Below, one piece after another: positions 11,523 through 24,199 of a DNA stretch of 64,000 bases. The notes below the pieces were generated by a model. The model searched no databases. It had not been told where the DNA came from and saw nothing but the letters and a program-made list of their open reading frames with translations. The stretch's first letter is position 1, and every line of letters begins with the position of its first letter. Made by a program: the position numbers and the translations under genes. Origin of the DNA: Selaginella moellendorffii (Eukaryota; Plantae; Lycopodiophyta); contig NW_003314441.1 in the NCBI RefSeq assembly GCF_000143415.4, forward strand, positions 71,482 to 135,481, written 5' to 3'.

Positions 11523-12341
11523 TATTAGAGAGGGAAATGAAGTTGCACAATATGTGCAATAAAAGGTGTCGGAGACACCAAGGAAATTGACTTCGAAAAG
11601 TCAAAATTAAAAGTTCCAAGGTGAATTAGTTATATTAATAGAAGTTGAGACTACTCAAGAATAAGTAATGGGATTGAGCTAGAGAAGGTGTCTCTAATGG
11701 GTTTAGCGAGAGCTAAACCAATAAAAGGGAGAGAACCACATGAGGTGGTCAAATGAGTTTATATGTTGGAGACACTATGCTCCTTAGAGGTTAGACAAGG
11801 CATGGCAAGCCTTCAGTGTCAAACTATTGACGAATATAGGCTAGGTGCCAAGGATGGAAAAGGTAATATATGTTGGTGTTACTTTATAAAATGGTTTATC
11901 GTTCGATGAGGACATCGAACTTTATCTATGGGTGGTGGAGTTGTCAGACACGAATCCCTAAGCCCCAAAGTGGAGCCGAAAGGGTGTCATGTGGTACTGG
12001 CCGAAGTGAAAGCCAAACGAGCATAATACGTTTGGACTAAAAGGCTTCAACTTAAAAGGTCGAGAGCAGGAGTGGAACTCCCAACGTAGTGCTCAAGGAA
12101 CGAGCATGAAGTGAGCAATAAAAGAGTCTCTAGAAAAGTGATACAAGAGGACCCGAGATGGACCCGAGATGGAGTCCGAGATGGACCCGAGATGGATCCG
12201 AGATGGACCCGAGATGGATCTGAGATGGACCCGAGATAGAGTCCAAGATGGACTGAGTCCGAGTCCGAGTTCGAGTCTGAGAGGGTGAAAGCCCAAAGCG
12301 TTCGTCTCCCAGACCCTGGGGGGTTTGGTGAGCTCCAAAAG

Positions 12342-12934
12342 TGTAAGCTCCTGAATTTGGACTTCCCAGGAGGTCACCTAGCCTAGTACTATTTAAACCC
12401 AAGGACACTTAACCCCAAATATCCCAAGACCCTTAACCAATTGGAAAAGGGGGTGCACTCTTATTCATGGGCCCTTTTCCTCTATATTTGAACCCTATGG
12501 ATCGTCTCTTGAGTCGTTCCCTTTGGTTGTTTACAATCCACTACACTTCCCTGCAAGTTCACGCCCTTATGAACAAAAGATGAGAGCCACAGCTCTCCCG
12601 AGAGTTCCACTCTCTTGACACCCTACCCCTCGGGTCGAGCCCAGTAGGAGCAAACTAAACCAGCCAGATATCAATCAACATGTGGTGTGATTCCCCTAGC
12701 TAACCAACAAAGTCGGACCCAAGACCCCTCTAATACCAAATGTAAGCTTCTGAATTTGGACTTCCCAGAAGGTCACCCAGCCCAGTACTATTTAAACCCA
12801 AGGATGCTTAACCCCAAATATCCCAAGACCTTTAACCAATTGGAAAAAGGGGTGCACTCTTATTCATGGGCCTTTTCCCTCTATATTTGAACCCTATGGA
12901 TTGTCTCTCGAGTTATTCCCTTTGGTTGCTTACA
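12342..12934 (-). mobile_element. Complete Cassandra-like TRIM (593 bp; LTRs 12342-12535 and 12741-12934; 205-bp non-coding internal domain)
   Basis: Two 194-bp direct repeats with TGTAAG...TTACA termini. On the minus strand the PBS TGGTATTAGAG abuts 12741 and the purine-rich AGGGAAGTGTAGTGGAT abuts 12535. Each LTR has a 5S rRNA-like segment. Confidence 0.92.
12359..12413 (-). ncRNA. 5S rRNA-derived segment (A-box to C-box region) inside the TRIM LTR; further copies at 12758-12812, 18512-18566 and in the other TRIM LTRs
   Basis: The minus strand reads GTTAAGTGTCCTTGGGTTTAAATAGTACTAGGCTAGGTGACCTCCTGGGAAGTCC, colinear with the 3' half of plant 5S rRNA. It is not a full 5S gene. Confidence 0.85.
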
Positions 12935-13975
12935 TTTGGTCAAGAAAGGCCAATTTGGCTTAAGAAGGCTGTACCTAAGTGTTGGGTGATGGGATAACCA
13001 CTGGGAAGTCCAAGGCTAGAGTAAATACAGAATAACAAGTAGGGTAGCTTGGTGAAAGTGTTCAAGAGCCGGCTCTAGTTCCCCCGGGAGATTAAATAGC
13101 TGATGCTCTCAGTCGAAGTGTGGGTGGCACTACCTACTTGGATACCTGGCATGGCTCAATGGAACCTCGCTCTAAGCTCATGGCTAGAGCAGCCAAAGGC
13201 AGAAGGTGGGGAGAGTACCCATGGGGCTCGCGTAGGGCCACGGTGTTCCGAAATGTTGTCCTAAAGTCTTAGACTATGGAAAGGAAGAGGAATGGTCCTC
13301 TAGTGTAGTGACCAATGATATGGTCATGTGGTGAGGAAGTCCCAGAGAATAGTGGGACTTAGTGGTCGGGCTTGTAGGCCTTGATCTAGTGGTAGTGATA
13401 GTGAACTTGGCCATGGATAGAAAGAGTCTTCGTGAGGACCGGAAAAGGGATATTGAGGAAGGCTATTCCCCATGCCTGCGGGCATCCTAAAGATGCTAAG
13501 AAGTGGATCCAAGATGATCACTCATGGATGGATGGCCCAGTCTTTGAGAGACAGGACTGTGATGTAGGTGGTGTTAGACTACTGGTGTGACCAAGGTAAA
13601 GGGGCATGGCCTTAGCGTAACAGGTTGATATGTCAGTGGTACCTTGGGGTGTCGGTCATGGGATTGGACACGTGGAGCACTTGGGCCAAGTGCAAAGGTT
13701 GAATGGCGGGGATGCCATTATCAGGGCTAGCATGCCCAAGTCTGGAATAGGACTTATGGAGGTTGTGAGTGAGACTTCTCCATGCAGTTGGAGGTGTGGT
13801 TAAGTGACTAAAGTAGAATGGAAAAATTAGTCGCTTATAGTTCTGCACCACTATCCTTTAGATATATAACATGTCACATGTGGCATATAACACGTGGCAT
13901 ATAGAGGGTTTAGGTTCCACTTCATGGTTATTTTATGATAAATCACCATAGGATAAAAGGTGAAAACCACATGTG

Positions 13976-14556
13976 CTTTCCTTTTATATTTGAACCCTTA
14001 TGGATCATCTCTTGAGTCGTTCCCTTTGGTTGCTTACAATCCACTATATTTTCTTGCAAGTTCATGCTCTTGTGAATGGAAGTTGAGAGCCATAACTCTC
14101 CCAAGAGCCCTACCCTCTTGGCACCCTACCCCTCGGGTCAAACCCAGCTGGAGCAAACTAGACCTGCCATATGTCAATCAACATATGGTGCAATTCCTCT
14201 AAACCAACTAACAAAGTCAGACTCAAGGCTTCTTTGATACCAAATGTAAGAGTAATAACTCTCCCGAGAGCCCCGCCCTCTTGGGACCCTACCCCTCGGG
14301 TCAAGCCCAGCTGAAGCAAATTGGACTTGCCAGATGTCAATCAACATGTGGTATGATTCCCCTAAACCAACTAGCAGAGTCAAACCTAAGGCCACTCTGA
14401 TACCAAATATAAGAGCTACAACTCTCCCCAGAGCCCCACCCTCTTGGCACCCTACCCCTCAGGTCAAGCCCAACCAAAGAAAACTGGATCTACCAAATGT
14501 CAAGCAACATATGGTGTGATTCTCCTAAACTAATCAGCAGAGTCGAACCTAAGGCC
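13976..14556 (-). mobile_element. Cassandra-like partial LTR plus a three-unit tandem array of the internal domain
   Basis: The LTR part ends at ~14038. Internal-domain copies are separated by GATACCAAAT(G/A)TAAG at ~14237 and ~14399. Confidence 0.8.
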
Positions 14557-16430
14557 CATCCTAGGAAGTTCTCCACTTGAGGGCACTATCATCCACCTTT
14601 CTATTTTGTGCCACCTTTGGCATTAAGTTCCAGCTATCATAAGTTGTGTTAGAGTTGTCTATGGCTTTATCATTTGGCTACTTTGCCGCTCCCTCCCTTG
14701 GAGCTTTCGCCTTTGCCAACTTGGAGCAATTGGGAATCCATCTTTGGAAGCACACTTTCTTTCTCATAATCCGTTAGCATCCAACACATTAGTGTCCCAT
14801 GCCTAGCTTTGCCATTTAGATTCCTTCGAAAGAACTCCATGGCCCACAGTTGGCCACTAGTTTTTTGCTTTTATCCATTGATTGTTGCACTGAGCAACAT
14901 AGGATCACTATTTCCATTTTCGATGTATCCTTTTGGTTCCATGACAAAGGTTCTACTTTGCTAAGTTTAGAGGGTGCTCACTTCTAGTAGGTCTTTTTAG
15001 CATTTTCTGTTACGGGCTCTATTCACGGCCCAATTTTGTGACCCTCCCATAGGTCTTTCCTAGAGACTACTTTCTTGGACTTGCTATACCATCTTATTGG
15101 CACAACTGATTTCCTTTTAGGTGTCCTTCCCACTTGGTCACCTTGACCAAGCCACACCATTATCAATAGTTCAAATTAACACTTTGAACTTAGATTTATA
15201 TTCCTTAACCCAAACAAAGACCTTGTCCTTGTTTAGCCACAAAATCACCTAGTGATCTCATCTTAACCCCTTATTAGGTTTACCAATAGGAACTAAGTTT
15301 TCCAAACCCTTTTAAATTGTTGACTATGACTATAGAGGCATCCCCCACACTTGGCAGTGCGCCCAAGACAACCCTTCCGACCAAAGGTCCATTGCAACTA
15401 AGAGTGGGTGTCCCCATCTCATTCACCACATCCTTGGTGCCCTTTGCACCAAAGTGTTCAAGTTAGATATGCCGAACTTTCACTCTAAGCAACCATGCAT
15501 CATGACTCCGGAGCATCCCTTGCTTGGCGGTGTGCCCAAGCCAATCTCCTCACTAAGAGTCCATGACCACTGAAATATAAGTGTCCTCATATTCCAAACC
15601 ATCGACTCAAACCCAAACACTAGAGGGTTGGGACTCGAACCTAACCTTCGTATATGCATTTATGGATGGCATCACCCAGGATGCCTGGCGTGACTCCCCA
15701 TGCCGGTGCGCCAATTTATATCCAAAGCACACTACGAATCATAGCTTAGGAACTTAGTCCCTCCAAATTGCCAAGTCTTCTCACTCGACAAGTCTATGAT
15801 CATGCATAGACTGCTCCATGCTTGGTCCCATAGCCCACCCCTTTTGAAGTTAGCACTTTCAATTAGGGGATTTGTTCCCCTAACTTGCCACTCTCACTTA
15901 GCAAGCCATTTGATCAATGTAACATGGTTTCATGTATAAGCGTGAAAGTCTTTGACTATCGACTTTTGTTCAAAGTTATCTTTTTGAACACTTGGGAACT
16001 ACTTTCCCAACCTTGATAGCATTGCCTTATGGCAAGCTTCAAGACCACACTTTTGCTGTGCAACTCTAATTTCGCACTTTCTATGAACCATTTACACTTG
16101 CCTTTCTAGGTACTACACTACCTGGAATTGTCTTTGGGAACCTTGAAGGAACTCTGTCCTTTAGCTTGCTAAGGCCTCTCCTTTCGCAAGCTTTCTAATT
16201 GCTATATGATCTAACATGGATAATTCCATATTTTAGACTCCCCATGGCACCACGGTTACTAGTAACAACATGCTTGAGCACCCACTTGATTCTCCACTCC
16301 CAACTAACATAACCACCATTGGTTATGCTCTTCAATTCCTATGGTTTAGTTCTATCCCCTTACTATTTGTTTTTGGCCTCACACATTTCCTTTAGTTATT
16401 TGCCTCCAAACTAGGAGGATAACTTTGCTT
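14557..16430 (-). mobile_element. Family B internal domain fragment
   Basis: Reverse-complement homolog of ~60900-62810. Confidence 0.85.
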
Positions 16431-16440
16431 TGTCATTTCG

Positions 16441-16780
16441 GTCAAGCTTTTGGGGATCCTTTAGCCTACGACATCTCGGGGAGTCGATTCCTTACATCTC
16501 CACCACCCATAGAAGAAGTTCGATGCCCACATCGAACGTCTCTTTTTATCCTACGACTTGTTGACCATGTCTCCGGGGGTATCCCCCCACTTAGCGGTGT
16601 GCCTAAGTTAGCCTCCCCGGCCAAGAGCCCATGACAATGGAATATAGGTGTCCCTATACCCCTCACCTCACCACGCCCTAGTATGGGGTTGGGACTTGAA
16701 CCCATCCTTGCTTTACTAGGGGGTTGGGACTCGAACCCAACCTCTGTAGAATATGTCTACAGATTTGACATCCCCACGGG
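16441..16780 (-). mobile_element. Family C 3' internal region, PPT and start of 3' LTR
   Basis: The LTR terminus ...TTCCTTACA at 16496 is followed by CTCCACCACCCAT (PPT complement). Matches 53680-53865. Confidence 0.8.
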
Positions 16781-17847
16781 TAGAAGATCGAGTCCAAGAC
16801 TGACTCTGAGACCGAGTTCGAGATAGAGTCCGGGATTGAGCCGAGGCCGAATCGGAGACCGAGATCGAGACCGAGTTCGAGACGGAGTCCGAGATCCAAA
16901 TCGGGTCCGAGACCGAGTCCAAGGTCGAGTCCAAAGTCTAGTCCGAGATCGGGTCCAAGATCCAGTCCGAGATCGAGTCCGAGACCGAATCCGAAGTCGG
17001 GTCCGAGATCGAGTCCGAGATCGAATCTGAGACTAAGTCCAAATACTAATACGGGTTAAGGGGTGAAAGCCCAAAGCGTGCGTCTCTCGGGGGGGGGGGG
17101 GGGGGGGGTGCTGCAGGGGGTTCCAAAAGTATAGTAAAGATAGTGAGGTCCAGGATCCAGTCTTAAAGGAACTCTCAAGTGGTGCTTCCAAACTGACTTG
17201 AGGTTGAGACTAGGGCCGAGGGGCCCTGGGTTGGGATTGACCTTGGCCTGGGTGGTGCCCGAGGGGCCACCCAGGGAAGTGTTCAAGAGCAGCTCCCACT
17301 CCTGAAAGGGAAACTGACTGCGGTGCTCTCGGCTCATGTGGAGTGGTTCCCCACTTGAGTACCTTGTGGCTCATTGGTCCTCGCCCTTCCTAGGGGCTTG
17401 AGCCTTCCCTTGGGGATGGAAGTGCGGGGGGGTAGAGGTACCCATACCAAGCCGTTAGGCCACGGTGTTTTGCCCCGATGTCCCGAAGCAAGTGTTGCAC
17501 CCAAGGCTTGGGATTTAAAGGGTCCCATGATTAAGTTTTGTTGTACCAAGGGGTGTTAGGAACCTGGAGGCTTGGTGTGCTTGGCTACTTGTGCCTGTGG
17601 GGAGTGTAGCCGAACCTTAAGTCTAGTCTAACCCGGGGAGGGGGATTGGGAGAGATTTGGGAATCTGTGGATGGAAGGCTAACGCTCCATTGCTTGTGCA
17701 GTGAGTAGCTGAAACCAAGTAGGACCAAGTAGGAGCTGGTACAATAGGCGAGAACCTTGGCGAGGGAACTTAGCACAAGCCAAGGTAGTGTTGGTCGGAT
17801 AGACGAGGTAAGCTGGCAAATTAAAAAGGAAAAATTTGTAGCTTACA
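16781..17847 (+). mobile_element. Family C LTR (5'-truncated)
   Basis: Colinear with 53960-55011 and ends GCTTACA. Confidence 0.88.
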
Positions 17848-17860
17848 CTCTAATACCAAA

Positions 17861-18043
17861 TGTAAGCTCTTGAGTTGGAGGTCACCCAGCCCAGTACTAT
17901 TCAAACCCAAGGATGCTTAACCCCAAATATCCCAAGACCCTTAACCAATTGGAAAAAGGGGTGCACTCTTGTTCATGGGCCCTTTCCTTCTATATTTGAA
18001 CCCCATGGACCGTCTCTCGAGTCGTTCTCTTTGGTTGCTTACA
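17861..18043 (-). mobile_element. Cassandra-like LTR flanked on both sides by PBS copies
   Basis: TGTAAG...TTACA termini. The flanks are CTCTAATACCAAA (17848-17860) and CTCTGATACCAAA (18044-18056). Confidence 0.85.
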
Positions 18044-18063
18044 CTCTGATACCAAATTGTAAG

Positions 18064-21000
18064 TTGTGTTAGAGTTGTCCACGGCCCTATCATTTGGCTA
18101 CTTTGCCACCCCTTCCCTTGGAGCTTTCACCTTGCTAACTTGGAGCATTTGGGAATCCATCCTTGGAAGCATACTTCCTTTCTCGCAATCCGTTAACATC
18201 CAACACATTAGTGTTCCATGCCTAACTTTGCCATTTGGATTCTTTCGAAAGACCATTCTCAAGATATCCTTTTCATTCCATGGCAAAGGCTCTACTTTGC
18301 TAAGTCTAAAGGATGTTCACCCCTAATAGGTCTCTTTAGCATTTTTTGCTATGGGCTCCGTCTACGACCCAACTTTGCAACCCTCTCATAGGTCTCTCCT
18401 AGAGAATACTTTCTTGGATTTACTATACCATCGTATTGACACAATTGATTTCCCTTTAGATGTCCTTCCCACTTGGTCACTTTGACTAAGCCACTGTAAG
18501 CTCCTGAATTTGGACTTCCCGGGAGGTCACCCAGCCCAATACTATTCAAACCCAAGGACGCTTAACCCCATATATCCCAAGACCCTTAACCAATTGGAAA
18601 AGAGGGTGCACTCTTATTCATGGGCCTTTTCCCTTTATATTTGAACCCTATGGACCGTCTCTCGAGTCGTTCCCTTTGGTTGCTTACAGCAATAGTTCAA
18701 ATTAACACTTTGAACTAAGAATTATATTCCTTAACCTAAACAAAGACCTTGTCCTTGTTTAGCCACAAGATCACCTAGTGATCTCATTTTGACCCCTTAG
18801 CAGGTCTACTAATAAGAACTAAGTCTTCCAGACCCTTTTAGATTGTTGGCTATGACCCCGGGGGCATCCCCCACACTTGGTGGTGCGCCCAAGTCAACCC
18901 TTCCGGCCAAAGGTCCATTGCAACTGAGAGTGGGCATCCCCATCTCATTCACCACGTCCTTGGTGCCACTTGCACCAAAGTGTTCAAGTTGGATATGCCG
19001 AACTTTCACACTAAGCAATCTAATTGTGCATCACAACTCTGGGGCATCTCCCGCTTGGCAGTGTGCCTAATCTAATCTCCTTACTGAGAGTCCATGACCA
19101 TCTAAAAATGAGTGTCCTTATATTCCACACCATCACCACACCCTAGTGAGTTGGGACTCAAACACAAGCACTAGAGGGTTGGAACTTAAACCCAACCTCT
19201 GTATATGCATCTACGGATGGCATCACCCAGGATGCCTGGCATGACTCCCCACGCCGGTGCACCAATTTATACCCAAAGTGCGCTACGAATCATAGCTTAG
19301 GAACTTAGTCCCTCTAAATTGCCAAGTCGTCTCACTCGATAAGTCTATGATCATTGCATGGACTCCTCCATGCTTGGCCCCATAGGCCACCCTTTTTGAA
19401 GTTAGTACCTTCAACTAGGGGATTTGTTCCCCTGACTTGCCACTCTCGCTTAGCAAGTCATCTGACCAATGTAACATGGTTTCATGCATAAGCGTGAAAG
19501 TCCTGAACTATCGACTTTCATTCAAAGCAATCCCTTTGAACACTCAGGAACTACTTCCCTAATCTTGATAGCCTTGTCTCATGGCCAGCTTCAAGACCAC
19601 GCTTCTGCTGCGCCACTCTAATTTCACGCGTTCTATAAACCATTTACACTTGGTTTTCTAGGTACTAAATTACCTAGAATTGTCTTTGAGAACATGGAAG
19701 AAACTCTGTCCGTTAACTTGCTAAGGCCTCTCCTTTTGCAAGCTTTCTAATTGCCATATGGTGTAACATGGTCAATTCCATGCCTTACACTCTCCATGGC
19801 ACCACGGTTGCTAGTAATAACATGCTCGAGTGCCCACTTGATTTTCCACTCCTAACTGACATAACCACCCTTGGTTATGTTCTTCGATTTCTATGGTTTG
19901 GTTCTATCCCCTTACTACTTACCTTTGGCCTCACACATTTCTTTCGGTTATTTGCCTCTAAACTAGGAGGATAGCTTTGCACTTTTTACCATGCCTTAGC
20001 AAATATTCTTAGAGATGAACCTACCTGATAGCCTAGGGAGTGGTTCCTCAATCTGGTATGCTCACCTTATAATCCCATACACCAGAATTAACATTACTAC
20101 ATATGGGCCTTCATGTACCCATCATTAACCTTGCCAAAATTCCATTTTTGGCTTTGTCCAATTTGGGTCGATGGACTTCTCCTGTCTCCACAACCTTAGA
20201 CGTTTGGATAGCACCTTCTATCCAGGGACTTAGTCCCTTGGGCCTTATTTATTGCCTTCGCGACATCAAACACCAACTCCTGGTGTTCTAGAGTGTTTGG
20301 GTGTCCCAATGATGGCCTCCTTGACAATGAGCATTCCCTTTACGACATTGACTTACTATATCGTAACATAAGCAATTCATTCTCTATAAGGGTATATTTA
20401 CCTTCCTTATCCCAATAAAAAGTCTTAGGTAGTTACCTTCTACCAGTTTCATTAATTATTTTGCACCTTTTGCTTAGTTGCCTCATAATTGTCAAGTCCT
20501 ACAACTCATTGCTAATGCTTCCACACCTCCATCATTGTTTGGGTCACCACACTCTACTACATGCTTTCCAGCTTAGGCTATGTCATTCCCATTTCCATTG
20601 GGATTCCCTTGGCAAGAGATTCTTATGAACCCACCAATATAACCTCAAGGTATCACACTTTGGCACATTTGGTGTCCCCACACCATCGGCTCCACGAGCC
20701 TACCTTTATGACACTTCCACTTGTGTCTAGGTCTTTTGCCAAGACCAACACAGTCATTTCTCATGCCAACTATCCATTATCACTTCACCACAATGTTCTC
20801 ACACAACTCTGCACCAAAGTTGCTTTCTTCTAGGAACACCTTTCCCATGACTTTAGTATGGCACATTTTGCCACCCATGAGATACCCACTGTTCTCACAC
20901 TTGGATCTTATGATCTTCCCCATCCTCCGTGGGGCACAACACACCTCAGTCCAAATGCTTCCATTAGTTCTTTAGGAGCATTCCTTGACTCCACTCAATT

Positions 21001-22681
21001 CATTCAACTTGTTGGACTTTTTCTAATCCCCCGACCTATAAGGTCTTACTTTTGAGGTGTGAGCTCATTAGAATACAACTTCTTATATTCATGTCCTACT
21101 CACCAGGACCACCATTACAAGTGTTATTCCAACACTTGACTATTTTTCATTCCTTGTGGGCTACCTTCACCTATTAGAACTATCTGTTCATATAATGAGA
21201 ACATCGATTCATCCTCTAATCACACCCCCAACTCTTGGGGTTGTTCTAGCATTTATTCAAGGTAGCCTCGGCTACTATTTCAAGGACTTATGACCTCATC
21301 TGTATTTAACCTCCCACGGTCATTAATTCTGGCATCAAATTCATGAGCACCAGCCTCAACTTCAAGAGGGTAATCTTGTGACTCCTTTATCGTTTTGGAG
21401 TTTCTATCTTCCCCGTGATCCCAAATATAGTTGTTTACCACAACTACATTAGCCAGTTTGCTGAGTTAAACACTCATCTGGATCACATCCTCAACTCAAT
21501 GAGGAAAACCTTACACTATTCCCAAGATCCTAAAGTCGTTCCATTATTGGCCCTTTTCTATCCACCACCTCACCTACAAGTTGACTCCTTATTTGCTCAC
21601 TTCATGCTCGTTCATTGAGCCCTCCATTAGGAGTTCCATTCCCGCTCTTGACTTTTCAAGTCGGAGCCTTTTAGTCCAAACGTGTTACGCTTGTTTGGCT
21701 TTTGCTTTGGCCACTACCACATGGCACCATTTTGGTTCCACTTTGGGACTTAAGGATTTGTGTCTCACACTCTCCCCACCTTCCACCTTTTGGTGCTCTA
21801 GCCATGGGCTTAGAGTGAAGTTCCATTGAGCCATGCCAGGTATCCAAGTAGGTAGTGCCACCCACACTTGGACTGGGAGCATTGGCCATTCGATCTCCCA
21901 GGGGAACTAGAGCTAGCTCTTGAACACTTCACCAAGTTACCCCACTTGTCGGTCCATATTCACTCTAGCCTTGGACTTCCCAGTGGTTATCCTATCACCC
22001 AACACTTAGGTACAGCCTTCCTAGGCCAAACTGGCCTTTCCTGGCCAAACTAGCTCAACTAGAGTCCTCTACTTTTGGAGCTCACCAAACCCCCCAAGGT
22101 CTAGGAGATGAACACTTTGGGCTTTCACCCTCTCAAACTCAAACTCGGACTTGGACTCGGACTCGGACTCAAACTTGGACTTGGGCTTAGGCTCGGTCTC
22201 GGTCTCAGTCCTGGTCTCGGTCTCGGTCTTGACTTCAGACTCTGTCTCGGGTCCTTCTCGGACTCCATCTCGGGTCCATCTCAAACTCCATCTCAGGTCC
22301 ATTTTGGACTCCATCTTGGACTCCATCTCGGGTCCATCTCGGGTCCATCTCGGACTCCATCTTGGACTCCATCTTGGGCTCCATCTCAGATTCCATCCTC
22401 GGGTCGATCTCGGGTCCATCTCGAACTCCATTTCGGGTCCATCTCGGACTCCATCTTGGGTCCATCTCAGGTCCTCTTGTGTCGCTTTTCTAGAGACTCT
22501 TTTATTGCTCACTTCATGCTCGTTCCTTGAGCACTCCGTTGGGAGTTCTACTCCTTCTGTCGACTTTTCAAGTTGGAGCCTTTTAGTCCAAACGTATTAC
22601 GCTCGTTTGGCTTTCGCTTTGGCCACTACCACATGGCACCCTTTCAGCTCCACTTTGGGGCTTAGGGATTTGTGTCTCACA
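18064..22681 (-). mobile_element. Family B internal domain (to ~21580) followed by rearranged family B LTR segments
   Basis: Reverse-complement homolog of 58140-62740, lacking the family C solo LTR. The LTR terminus TGTGTCTCACA occurs twice (21769 and 22681). Minisatellite at ~22135-22470. Confidence 0.85.
18495..18688 (-). mobile_element. Cassandra-like solo LTR (194 bp)
   Basis: TGTAAG...TTACA termini, with the best-preserved 5S-like segment at 18512-18566. It interrupts family B internal sequence (compare the empty site at ~15150-15170). Confidence 0.9.
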
Positions 22682-23273
22682 AGAACCCAAGTTTCAGGGC
22701 CTTGGGCCACTAAATGAAACAACGGAGCTAAACTCCTAAGCATAGAGCTAAGGAGCGAAAGAACCGGAGCACGAAGTGACTCTCGAGTGTTTAACCAAAA
22801 CAGTGAAGAGACAGTGGGGGGTTCTAAATGTATAGTAGGGATAGTGGGTAGGTCAGGCATGGTTGACCAACCAGAGGCATAATTTAGCTCCCGCTTGCAT
22901 GCTTGTTTTTGTTCTGTATCTAACTTAGGTCTAAGCCCAAGTTTTATACCATGCTAATTGGTGGAGTACCCATATCCTCGCATTAGACCACTAGTATGCT
23001 AAAATAGTGCCAAACTCCATTTGGCTTTGTTTTGCATGTTGGTTTTGGTATTGGGATGTTAGATGCTCTATAACTATTCTAAGTTGCTTTGTGCTCCTGT
23101 CCCTTAACTCCTTGGGTTGTATACTTGGGAGTTGTTCCATGTTTCTATTCTATCACTCCTTGACTTCATGCTTAAGAGTTTGGCTTTTTTCTTTTGTTCA
23201 GTGGCTCAAGGCTTTACTTCATAGTTATCCTATAGTAAATCACCATAGGATAAAGAGTGAAACCACATACACT
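22682..23273. mobile_element. Rearranged family D LTR pieces
   Basis: Homologous to 51362-51911 in both orientations. Confidence 0.65.
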
Positions 23274-24199
23274 ACAATATCTCATTTTACTCTAATATCA
23301 ATATCAACAATATCAATGGTTGAGCATATTTCAATGTCATCAACACTAAAATAAAACTAAAAGAAAGTAAGAGTGAATCACCACTCAACCGTCTATAGAA
23401 CTAAGCTAACCAAAGTTGAAAATACTTTATTTAGTATTTGAGACCAATCCTTCAATAATACTTAGTTATAAATAACATATCATCAAGGAATGATTCACCA
23501 CATCCAAGACTTAATGAAATCTAAATGCAACCAAATGATATTGACAGAAGTAAAATGGATATATAAACATGAAAAACTATGTAAAACCAACGACACAATC
23601 CTCCACAATACCATCTGGGAAAGCAAAGCTATCACTACTAAATCATTATTGAGAGAAGCAAATGTCAATTGTCCTTGATAAAGTTTACATGTAATTATTA
23701 GTCCCAAGGTAATCAAAAACCACTTTTCAACTTGCCTTCACAAAACCCAAATACTAAACTCATCATTGTTTTAGATAATTATCCAACAAGAAAGTAATAC
23801 CCCAAATACAAGATATAGGAATATAGATAAGAATGGACTAAATGACCAAATGGTTAGTTATATATGATCAACACTCAACCAAAACTAAAATAAAGACCAT
23901 AAGATGGATTTATATAGTACACAAACAAAGCTATAATATAGATACTAACACCTCAACTGTAAACAACTAAGTTGGGTATCACCATCCTTAGTGAAGGCAC
24001 AAATGTGAGACACAAATCCCTAAGCCCCAAAGTGGAGCCAAAAGAGTGCCATGTGGTAGTGGCCAAAGTGAAAGCCAAACAAGCGTAACACAATTGGACT
24101 AAAAGCTCCAACTTGAAAGATTGAGAGTGGGAGGGGAACTCCTAACGAAGTGCTCGAAGAACAAGCACAAAACGAGCAATAAGTGAGTCTTTAGAAAAG

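Larger units (their letters stand above)
11530..13839 (+). mobile_element. Family B 3' internal end, PPT (~11929-11941) and 3' LTR (11942-13839), interrupted by a complete TRIM
   Basis: Colinear with 62810-63265 and 56093-57985. Confidence 0.85.

Noticed and set aside
18512-18566. Functional 5S rRNA gene or 5S array
   Set aside because: Only ~55 nt of the 3' half is present, always inside the TRIM LTR.
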